From: an uncultured Granulosicoccaceae bacterium
GTDB taxonomy: Bacteria; Pseudomonadota; Gammaproteobacteria; Granulosicoccales; Granulosicoccaceae
Length of the DNA stretch: 64,000 nt
Direction of reading: 5' to 3'
Assembly (NCBI GenBank): GCA_938028465.1
Contig: CALJAA010000006.1
Span: forward strand, 14,722 to 78,721
Every line of letters begins with the position of its first letter. Position 1 is the stretch's first letter. Positions 38,854 through 47,133 of this stretch are shown here, in pieces. The position numbers were made by a program, and so were the translations under genes. The notes beneath the pieces were generated by a model. The model was not told the origin of the DNA, did no database searches, and saw nothing but the letters and a program-made list of their open reading frames with translations.

Positions 38854-39981
38854 ATGAACGATCAATCTCAAATAGAAAACAAGGCAAGAGTTCGGCGTGT
38901 GGTGTTCGTACAGAAATTTGTACCTCACTATCGTTTACCGCTGTTTGAAAATTTGCGCGACCAATTTGCTGCTGTGGGGATCGAATTCGTGTTGATCTAT
39001 GGTCAGCCTGATCCTTATGAAGGCTCCAAAATTCGTATGGAATTTCCTGAGTGGGGACGACGTGTTAAAAGCTTGATCATACCGCTTCCCGGAAAATTTA
39101 CTCGATACCTCTATTGGCAGAATGTGCCGTTTAAAATTAAACGCGGTGATGTTGTTATTGTGGAGCACGCATCTAAGTTACTGGATAACTATTTTCTGTT
39201 CGCGCTTCAGCAAATAGGGTGGCTGTCACTTTGCTATTTTGGTCATGGCAGAAATTTTCAAAGCCACCGTGAAATCGGCTTAGCTCGAAAGCTCAAACAG
39301 CTGATGGTAAAGCGAGTAGCTCGTTGGTTTGCCTATACAGAAATATCAAGACAAGCTTTGCTTGAACAGCAAGTGTCTGATGAGCGCATCGTTGTAGTAA
39401 ATAACACGTTGACGGTGTCCCGCCAGCTTGAAGAAGCAGACGTGCCAAGGCATAAAAGCAGATTTGTATATATCGGTGGTTTCTATAAAGAAAAGCGGCT
39501 AGATTTGATTTTTGAAACCATGCTGAAGTTAAGCGCTAAACATAGTGAGATCGAGTTACATATAGCGGGCACTGGGCCCGATCAAAGTATGGTGGAGTCA
39601 TTCGCGAGAGAACACGACTGGTGCACTTACGTTGGCCCGGTGTTTGGAGAGGATCGTGATCGGTTTTTATTGAGTGCAACAGCTATAGTCATGCCTGGCC
39701 CGGTCGGTCTTGTGGCAATTGATTCTTTTCACTACGCTACTCCGATATTAACTACCGAGAGTACTAACCATGGGCCTGAGGTTGCTTACCTTGAGCATGA
39801 TGTCAATGCGCTAATTCTCGACACACACGGCGATGTCGACAGTTATTCTGATTTAGTTGAGAAATTTCTAAGCGATAATCAACTCGCAGAAAAGCTTCGT
39901 GATGGATGCCGTGAGTCCGCTGGTGATTATACTATCCAAGATACAGCGTCGAAGTTTGTTGATGGTGTGTTGAGCCTATAA
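38854..39981 (+). CDS. Glycosyltransferase family 4
   Basis: PHYR N-terminal motif, YIGG..KEKRLD, GLVAIDSF, HGPEVAYL. Confidence 0.88.
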   Translation: MNDQSQIENKARVRRVVFVQKFVPHYRLPLFENLRDQFAAVGIEFVLIYGQPDPYEGSKIRMEFPEWGRRVKSLIIPLPGKFTRYLYWQNVPFKIKRGDVVIVEHASKLLDNYFLFALQQIGWLSLCYFGHGRNFQSHREIGLARKLKQLMVKRVARWFAYTEISRQALLEQQVSDERIVVVNNTLTVSRQLEEADVPRHKSRFVYIGGFYKEKRLDLIFETMLKLSAKHSEIELHIAGTGPDQSMVESFAREHDWCTYVGPVFGEDRDRFLLSATAIVMPGPVGLVAIDSFHYATPILTTESTNHGPEVAYLEHDVNALILDTHGDVDSYSDLVEKFLSDNQLAEKLRDGCRESAGDYTIQDTASKFVDGVLSL

Positions 39982-40008
39982 TGTCAAATTTACAGATGCC
40001 CAGTTTGG

Positions 40009-41364
40009 ATGCAGTATTGGGTACCTGCATTCTCAATCTGTACCTCAGTAAGCTATTTCGTTATTCCCTTCGATAAAATTGTGAACACTCGACAACTCAA
40101 GTGGGTAGCTCGCAAGTTGCCCAAGCGCAATAACAAGTGGTTTGCAGCACTTGAGCAATCGGGATTGAGCGCCACCAATTTTCTTTACTCTTTGGTGATC
40201 ATCAAGTTCGCCAGTATTGGTGAGCTGGGTGTGTACACATTCTGGTTTGTGATTTGTCAATTTATGGCGATGTTGACGATGGGCCTTGCCACAAGACAAA
40301 TGGTGCTTGAGCATGCCAACAAGCCCTTGATAGTTCAGTACACGGGTTTGAAAACGACTTGCATCATTGTGTTGGCATTGCAACTAGTGCAAGTGTCGCT
40401 GCTTTTTGTCTTAGTAAGGTCTCATCCACCAGACAGTGATACGTTCATATTTTGGGTTGCCTTAGCTACATACTGTGTCAGTTTTAACTTGGCAGAATTG
40501 TATCGTCAATTCTATTACATGAGTGCTCGTCAACGGCTCTCTTTGTATTTTTCAACTATTTCTCTAGCGTCCGGTGTATTTGGTTTTCTTGTATTCGCTG
40601 CAAGTGGTGTGTCTAGCGCGCCAGAACTTTCAGCATTTTGGTTTTTAGCAAGTGGTAACTTAATTTACGTCGCGTTCGCTTTTAATGCGCTAAAAAAGCG
40701 AAACCTTAGCGGCGACCCTGGCTCTGTATCTGCACGGCAGCTTTTTCTAAAGTATCGTAAGCATGGCGTGCCTGCTACTGGGGGAATGTTGGTAACGTGG
40801 ATGCAGAATCAAAGTGTGACACCTCTGCTCATGTTTATGTTCGGCCCACTGGTGGTGGGCTACTACAGTGTGGCAAAAATGATTATTACCCCCATTAATA
40901 TGGTGACTACCGGATTGGGTAAAAGTAGTTTGTCTCAGATACGCAAAGCGTACGAAGCCGGAGGTCACAAGGCGTTGGTTTTGGCCGTTCGAGCACACCG
41001 TCGTACCAGTATGCAGGTTGTACTTTACTACGTTACGCTAGTAGGGATTGGCGGGGTAGTGGCACAAATATTTGGCGTGCTGGATCTCAGTGACACCTTG
41101 ATTGTTATGATTTTAGCGACTGTTTTAGTCTCAAGCCTGTCAAATTTTAGATACTGGGTTGGCCAAATTTTTGTGGTGAAAATGCAGTACGGCACTTTGC
41201 TCCGTATAGCCATTGTCGCCAGTTGCGCTACTGTGACGATGATGTTGATTAGCGGCTTGGTTTTCAACTCTGCTCTTTGGGTGGTATTTGGGCCAGCGCT
41301 TGGGGAGATTATTTTAATTTTTACGCTTATGTATAAACTCGGTAGGCCTTCACAAAACAGCTGA
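40009..41364 (+). CDS. Wzx-like flippase (MOP family); true start may be slightly downstream
   Basis: About 12 TM helices, EQSGLSATNF, VGYYSVAK, EPS context. Confidence 0.78.
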   Translation: MQYWVPAFSICTSVSYFVIPFDKIVNTRQLKWVARKLPKRNNKWFAALEQSGLSATNFLYSLVIIKFASIGELGVYTFWFVICQFMAMLTMGLATRQMVLEHANKPLIVQYTGLKTTCIIVLALQLVQVSLLFVLVRSHPPDSDTFIFWVALATYCVSFNLAELYRQFYYMSARQRLSLYFSTISLASGVFGFLVFAASGVSSAPELSAFWFLASGNLIYVAFAFNALKKRNLSGDPGSVSARQLFLKYRKHGVPATGGMLVTWMQNQSVTPLLMFMFGPLVVGYYSVAKMIITPINMVTTGLGKSSLSQIRKAYEAGGHKALVLAVRAHRRTSMQVVLYYVTLVGIGGVVAQIFGVLDLSDTLIVMILATVLVSSLSNFRYWVGQIFVVKMQYGTLLRIAIVASCATVTMMLISGLVFNSALWVVFGPALGEIILIFTLMYKLGRPSQNS

Positions 41365-41494
41365 AACCAGCTCGGTTAACCATAACCAAATTTTTGTTAA
41401 ATAGTTTAAATCACCATTCCACTATCCTTTTCAACACGTCGGGACACTATGGTAATATTTGCCAACAGGTTGACGTAAGAACGAAAATTTAATA

Positions 41495-42397
41495 ATGAAA
41501 AGAGGTTCTCTAGCTGCTTTGAGCGGAATATGTGCGCTGGTTCTCACTTTGACCACCGCTCTTGTTTTCTCAAGTGTGGCGCATTCAAAAGAGCGTAATG
41601 AACTATCTTTTTATTGGTTGTGGCATCAAATATTTGGTCATAACACGGAAGCAATGTGTGTCAGCATTCCAAAAATTTATGCACCTTTTGATACCGTTAG
41701 CTTGAACAAAATTAGGGAGTGGAATGAATCCATCCAATATGTGATCAATTCTCAAAATTTATCTGTTGCCGATGGTCCCAACGGTTCGTCTGTATTAAGA
41801 CAACGATTCGTACCCTCGGGTTCTGGTAGTGAACGGGTAATAGCTGCATTCGAAGTAGAACCAAGAGACACCTATGAATTGCGACAATCGATTTTCTTTG
41901 AAAACGATTTTCATTGGGGGATCAATGCTCAAAGTGGAAAATTTGGTTACGGCATAGCTGGAGGTTCAGCACCAACGGGTGGAAGCCTTGACCTCAATGG
42001 ATTCAGTGCACGTTTGGCTTGGTATGGTCGTGGAGATGGCACAGTCAGTGCGGCGCTATATGTGTATTCCGCTGATAGAACACAAAATCGTCCCTATGGC
42101 GATAAATTTGAAATTCCAGATTTTTCGATTCCAAAAGGTGAATGGTTCGATGTAGCTGTGCGGGTAAAGGTTAACTCGGCAGTTGAGAAAAACGACGGTA
42201 GTTTTTCTGTTTGGATCAATGATGAGCTGAAGTTAGAAAAAACAAATATCCAGTGGCAATCGCAAGCCGGAAGCGACGGTCAAAACCCCAGTATAGACCG
42301 CCTACTATTTTCATCATTCCACGGTGGAAATTCAACTGCATGGTCGCCCAGCGGTACCGTGCATGCGCGCTTTGGCAGTGCCTGTCTTCACGATTAA
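41495..42397 (+). CDS. PL14-like polysaccharide lyase with signal/TM anchor
   Basis: FHWG...SGKFGYG, FSARLAWY, YVY, SSFHGG; close paralogue of 35244-36122. Confidence 0.78.
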   Translation: MKRGSLAALSGICALVLTLTTALVFSSVAHSKERNELSFYWLWHQIFGHNTEAMCVSIPKIYAPFDTVSLNKIREWNESIQYVINSQNLSVADGPNGSSVLRQRFVPSGSGSERVIAAFEVEPRDTYELRQSIFFENDFHWGINAQSGKFGYGIAGGSAPTGGSLDLNGFSARLAWYGRGDGTVSAALYVYSADRTQNRPYGDKFEIPDFSIPKGEWFDVAVRVKVNSAVEKNDGSFSVWINDELKLEKTNIQWQSQAGSDGQNPSIDRLLFSSFHGGNSTAWSPSGTVHARFGSACLHD

Positions 42398-43480
42398 TTA
42401 TTCGGGTAGCGAACCCCGTTTAGTACGCCAAGTTTCAATAGCGACTATGCCGCAGAATACGATGTAACCCATGCATCCACCTGCGATGTTGAGTACTAGA
42501 TCGTGCAAGTTGGACCTTCTACCGGCGATGTAAACTTGGGATAATTCAATACTCAGGCTGACTGCGCTGGCAGCCAATACAGTGGTTACAAAAAGGGCTC
42601 GGCCCCGAAAGCCAAAGCAGGCATAGAGTAACAGTGCGCTGACAATCCCCATGGGCATAAAGCCGATTACGTTGATGAGTACATCAAATCGATGGGTTTT
42701 AATAAGCGACTTTATGGAAGTGCGGGCCAACACTATTTGCTTCTGAAAGCTTCCAGCCCGAGGAACACTGAGTGAATTGCCAGCGGCGGATAGATCGATA
42801 ATCGTTCCAGCGCCATCATACTCGCCAAACTGATAGTCACGAATGATGTCTGAGATTTCGATTGTCTCGGATACATGCTCAATGCTGAGGGATGATATGG
42901 ATCCGCTCCACCCATGACGGCCGTCGGGTGAATTACCTACAATTATGGTTGGCTTAATAGCATAAGGCGTTTCATAAACGGCACCGGATTTCGTTGATAC
43001 CAACTCATCATTGATCAGTAGCTCATTGTTAGATTGACCCAATAGGATGCTGATGGTTGTCTTGGATCCCAAGTACGGTGCAACATCAGTTGATAGTCGG
43101 TTTCGCCTCGATACGTTCGGAAAATCACATCCCTGCATAACTATAAGATGCGTTCGCCATTGCCCAATGATTAATGGTTCGCTTTCGCAGTCTTCGCCTA
43201 TATAAATCAAAATACGAAAAGTAGGCCCTACCTGTTCGCGCATCGTTAACGTTAGATTGAATCGGGTAATGATATTGTTGGACGGTTGCTTTGTTAGTTC
43301 TGGCAGCTGCCCAATGGCGTAACCGTATTCGCCAATCCAAGTAACCTTGTTTGATTGATCGTTCTCAATCCAATTGGCATCAAAGTCTCCTCTAGGGAGC
43401 AGGCCAAATGTGAGGGTGATTGTCGTAATTATAAGAAAGAGTATTATTAAATAACGAGGCTTTAAAGTCGAAACGTCCAT
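42398..43480 (-). CDS. VanZ-family membrane protein with LamG/ConA-like periplasmic domain
   Basis: DVLINVIGFMPMG, SIELSQVYIAGR, DLVLN (VanZ); IVGNSPDGRHGWSGSI (LamG-like). Confidence 0.82.
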   Translation of the reverse strand: MDVSTLKPRYLIILFLIITTITLTFGLLPRGDFDANWIENDQSNKVTWIGEYGYAIGQLPELTKQPSNNIITRFNLTLTMREQVGPTFRILIYIGEDCESEPLIIGQWRTHLIVMQGCDFPNVSRRNRLSTDVAPYLGSKTTISILLGQSNNELLINDELVSTKSGAVYETPYAIKPTIIVGNSPDGRHGWSGSISSLSIEHVSETIEISDIIRDYQFGEYDGAGTIIDLSAAGNSLSVPRAGSFQKQIVLARTSIKSLIKTHRFDVLINVIGFMPMGIVSALLLYACFGFRGRALFVTTVLAASAVSLSIELSQVYIAGRRSNLHDLVLNIAGGCMGYIVFCGIVAIETWRTKRGSLPE

Positions 43481-43523
43481 GCGGTTTTATTTGTCTCTGG
43501 GGATTATTTCGAACCGCCAGACG

Positions 43524-44618
43524 CTAGTCAGTTTCTAAGGAAGGAGCGTTATTCAGCTTTAGCGATAACCAATTTAAAACAATCGGTGTAGCAAAGTGAT
43601 GTATCACAACGGTAGCCACAAATGCCCAGAAGAGTATTGGCTCTAGCTCACGATATTCGTTGACCTTAACCCCAATGCAGACAAACGTTGCGTGAAATGC
43701 CCCCGCAGCTAACACTGTTTGATTAACACTTAAGCCTGAATCTAAGAGCCGGTGATGAAAATGATCTCGTCCCGCTTCAAAAATATGACGCCCAGAACGC
43801 AGGCGGCCAACCATAACTGAAATGGTATCGAGCAACGGCAGGCCAAGCACCCATCCCGCGACCACTGGCGACATTGACGGTTCGCTCCCTTGCGTCACTC
43901 TGATTAAGAACCAAACTAATATAAGGCCCATGAGCATACTGCCTGAGTCACCCATAAAAATTTTTGCTCTTGGGACAAATATTCGTGCGTTGAAAATAAG
44001 GAATGCAGCAATCGCCCCAACAAATATAGAAATTAATTTTGCGGTAACCCAGTCGCCATCTTGCCATGCGACCCAGCCGATCGCTGAGAAACTGATAGTC
44101 ATAATCGTACCCGTCAGGCCATCAACACCGTCTATCATATTGACCGCATTAATTGCTCCGATTGTGCACACGATGGTGAAAATTAGGCTGATTGATCCAT
44201 GAAGAAGCAACGGCCCAGAACCAGTCAGGTTGCCAACGCTTGTTATAGCCACGGAAGCATAAACCACCATTGTCGCTGCGATCGCCGCTTGCGCTACGAG
44301 TCGGAATGAAGCCGGTAAATCAACGCGATCATCAACAACACCCAATAAAACCATGAACCCGCTGAGCAATAAAAAAATCAGTACTTGAAATTGAGGGACC
44401 AGTAGCGCGCAAGAGAAAGCAATCGCGAAAAATATCGCAGGGCCACCGACAAGTGGAATATTGCCTTCGTGGCTTTTGCGTTGGTCCGGTCTGTCGACGA
44501 AGCCAAATTTCGTGGCTGCGCGCTTAAAGATAAAAATCAAACTCAAGGCGATAGTAAACGGCAGGGCGAAATGGAATGTTCGTTCCAATATTTGCAGTAG
44601 TGTGAGGCCGGAGTTCAT
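43524..44618 (-). CDS. wecA: Undecaprenyl-phosphate GlcNAc-1-phosphate transferase (WecA/MraY family)
   Basis: VDRPDQRKSHEGNIPLVGG, GVVDD, NAVNMIDGVDGL, FMGDSGS, RDHFHH. Confidence 0.9.
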   Translation of the reverse strand: MNSGLTLLQILERTFHFALPFTIALSLIFIFKRAATKFGFVDRPDQRKSHEGNIPLVGGPAIFFAIAFSCALLVPQFQVLIFLLLSGFMVLLGVVDDRVDLPASFRLVAQAAIAATMVVYASVAITSVGNLTGSGPLLLHGSISLIFTIVCTIGAINAVNMIDGVDGLTGTIMTISFSAIGWVAWQDGDWVTAKLISIFVGAIAAFLIFNARIFVPRAKIFMGDSGSMLMGLILVWFLIRVTQGSEPSMSPVVAGWVLGLPLLDTISVMVGRLRSGRHIFEAGRDHFHHRLLDSGLSVNQTVLAAGAFHATFVCIGVKVNEYRELEPILFWAFVATVVIHHFATPIVLNWLSLKLNNAPSLETD

Positions 44619-45058
44619 TTGTGCATTGTATCCCGTTTGATGCTGTGCATCAGGGCGTTTATCTCAACTGCACAGGTGAAATTACCGGGTATGGTCAACC
44701 AATCACAATTCGTCAATATTCTTACGCCGTAGTGAGCAAGCTGATCGTTATAGCTGCACCGTTGTAGGCGTGATTTCGATACCAAGCAGCTCTAGCTGCA
44801 CCCGCCGATGTTGGGCTGGACGCTGAGGGCGGCTGCGGCTACCACCCCCTTGACGCAGAAATTATTGCTTAATAATGAGCTGTAGCCTGCAAAAATCTCG
44901 ATTAATTCCATCCAGAAGTTGCTAAAACACATAAAATGCATCGATTATCCAAATGATATTTTGGTGTTTGGTGGTACTACCCGAACGGGTTGCTGCGGTT
45001 CAACAGCAGTGCAAAAGCGCTGGTTATCTGATTACTGAAGTCTTCTAGGTTAAGAGAT

Positions 45059-46267
45059 ATGCATAAAACAATTATAAAGTCAGTATTCGCCAGTGCTGTT
45101 CTAATACACTCTGCCGGTGTATCCGCTCAGCAAGGATACGGATTTTCGAAAAAGGTAGGCGAAGCCGATTTTTACCCCGCTGTTAGGGTGGAATACCTTA
45201 CTGATAGCAACGTTTTATTAAATGCTGAAAATGAAACTGAAGCGTCTGGTGTTCGTGTTACGCCAGAATTTTTATATCGAGCTGGTAAGGGCCTGGTCTC
45301 CCTAGAGGCTGAATATAAAGGCGAATACAATAGTAGTGATGTTTCGGTTGCAAGCTATGCAGATCACGCGCTTCGTTTTGAAGGCAATGCAGAATTCAGC
45401 AGTCGCATTCGAGCTGGCGCTCGGTTGGGCATTGTGTCCGACCATCAAGAGCTTGGCACCTATCTGACCCGAGGTATAGCTGACGAAAATACCGATGCAG
45501 TGGAATATAATCAAACAACTTTCGACGTGTTCAGCCGCTATGGTGCAGCTCAAGCTAAAGGTAACATCGAGTTAGGTTTATCCATTGATTCCCTTAATTT
45601 CTCTAACCAATCAGACTTAACTGATGGAGAGAGCTATAACAACGTCGAACCCTATGCGCAATTTTCGCTTCGCGTATCGCCTGATTTGCGAGCGCTGGCT
45701 GAAGTGCGCTTCGGTAGCACAAGCTACGACAATAGCGGCAAAGATCGCTCTGACACGACTTTTTTGCTAGGCGTTGATATTGCTCCGACAGGTAAGCTTA
45801 ATGGGCAGATCAAGGTAGGTAGCACTCTCACATCCTATGATGCAAATGACCTGAGTGATTCCTCTGAGCTCGTCATGCGCAGCGAACTTAAGTACGCACC
45901 CGTCGATTATTCGTTATTCTCCTTAGTGGTCGATCGCGAAGTAGAAAAACTGAGCGACAACGCCGCGACGATCAATGCTGCGGAGGTGACTGATTTAGTT
46001 CAGTTGAATTGGACACATTACTGGTCAACCCGCTTCTTCCATCGAGCCAAAATTGCGCGAACCTCAATACAGCGGGATTGCCCATCACAGGACGTCATCG
46101 TTAACCTAGTGGGTTACGAATTTAATTTGCAGTTTCGCCGCTGGTTGGAATTTGGTGTGGGCGGTACTGGAGCCAGTCGAGAGGCGACCAGCTGTGGTGA
46201 CCCCAATGCTACCAATCTTAGTTACGATCGTACATTGGTTGGGATCCACGTCAGAGCAACGCTTTAG
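45059..46267 (+). CDS. EPS-associated outer-membrane beta-barrel protein (BBP2; EpsX/VpsM-like)
   Basis: Signal peptide, DSNV motif, amphipathic strands to the C-terminus; directly upstream of OPX and Wzc. Confidence 0.8.
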   Translation: MHKTIIKSVFASAVLIHSAGVSAQQGYGFSKKVGEADFYPAVRVEYLTDSNVLLNAENETEASGVRVTPEFLYRAGKGLVSLEAEYKGEYNSSDVSVASYADHALRFEGNAEFSSRIRAGARLGIVSDHQELGTYLTRGIADENTDAVEYNQTTFDVFSRYGAAQAKGNIELGLSIDSLNFSNQSDLTDGESYNNVEPYAQFSLRVSPDLRALAEVRFGSTSYDNSGKDRSDTTFLLGVDIAPTGKLNGQIKVGSTLTSYDANDLSDSSELVMRSELKYAPVDYSLFSLVVDREVEKLSDNAATINAAEVTDLVQLNWTHYWSTRFFHRAKIARTSIQRDCPSQDVIVNLVGYEFNLQFRRWLEFGVGGTGASREATSCGDPNATNLSYDRTLVGIHVRATL

Positions 46268-46515
46268 CGGTAAAATGACGCCTTTAGTAGCTCTATCGCC
46301 CGCTGAAGCTTACAAGCCGCTTAGATTGGTAATAAAACCTTACGTGAGTGACGGTATTTAACAACATTTGATCCATTAATTTGGAGTTTTGTGTACCATA
46401 TCTTGATTGTCGCTTTTTGGTGGATTTTGGCCAAAAATTGCGAACCACGCAGGTTCCGTAATACTTATTTTTTGTTAGTCTGACTCACTAAATCAGGGCT
46501 CAGGATTGTCTCGTA

Positions 46516-47133
46516 ATGCAATGTTTTCTAAAATATTTTCTAAGAAGTTTAGCCGCTGCTGCAATGGCGATGACTCTGAGCAGCTGCTCTACTGTCGCCA
46601 CGACCCCTGCGGACAACGTAAGTAGCAGTGATGCCACTGGTACCGAGGTTGAAACTGGCGGTGTTGAAAGTTCTGAGAACTATCGACTCGGACAAGGCGA
46701 TCGAATCTCAATCCAAGTGTTTGACGAACCCGATTTAACCATGAACACCCAGGTGGGTGCGAGTGGGTCGATCAACTATTCTTACCTCGGCGACATGCAG
46801 GTTGAAAATAAAACCGCGGAAGAACTAGAAAAAGACATCGTCCGTCTACTGGAAGACGGCTATTTAGTTAATCCCTCTGTGAACGTCACCATTGTCGAAT
46901 ATCGCCCTTTCTTCATCAACGGCGAAGTTAAGCAGCCTGGCAGTTACCCGTACCAGCCTGGATTGACGTTGGACAAGGCCATCACGCTTGCTGGAGGTCT
47001 GACTGATAGGGCATCGAAACGCAAGATGTTTCTCATCAGTGCTCAAAACCCAAACGGTAAACAGAAAAAAGTGACACTTCAAAATAAAGTAGGTCCCGGC
47101 GATATCATCTCGATTGAAGAGGGGTTCTTCTAA
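46516..47133 (+). CDS. Short OPX polysaccharide export lipoprotein (Poly_export plus one SLBB)
   Basis: Lipobox LSSC, YRLGQGDRISI, GEVKQPGSY, AGGLTDRA; ends GDIISIEEGFF without the Wza helix. Confidence 0.92.
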   Translation: MQCFLKYFLRSLAAAAMAMTLSSCSTVATTPADNVSSSDATGTEVETGGVESSENYRLGQGDRISIQVFDEPDLTMNTQVGASGSINYSYLGDMQVENKTAEELEKDIVRLLEDGYLVNPSVNVTIVEYRPFFINGEVKQPGSYPYQPGLTLDKAITLAGGLTDRASKRKMFLISAQNPNGKQKKVTLQNKVGPGDIISIEEGFF

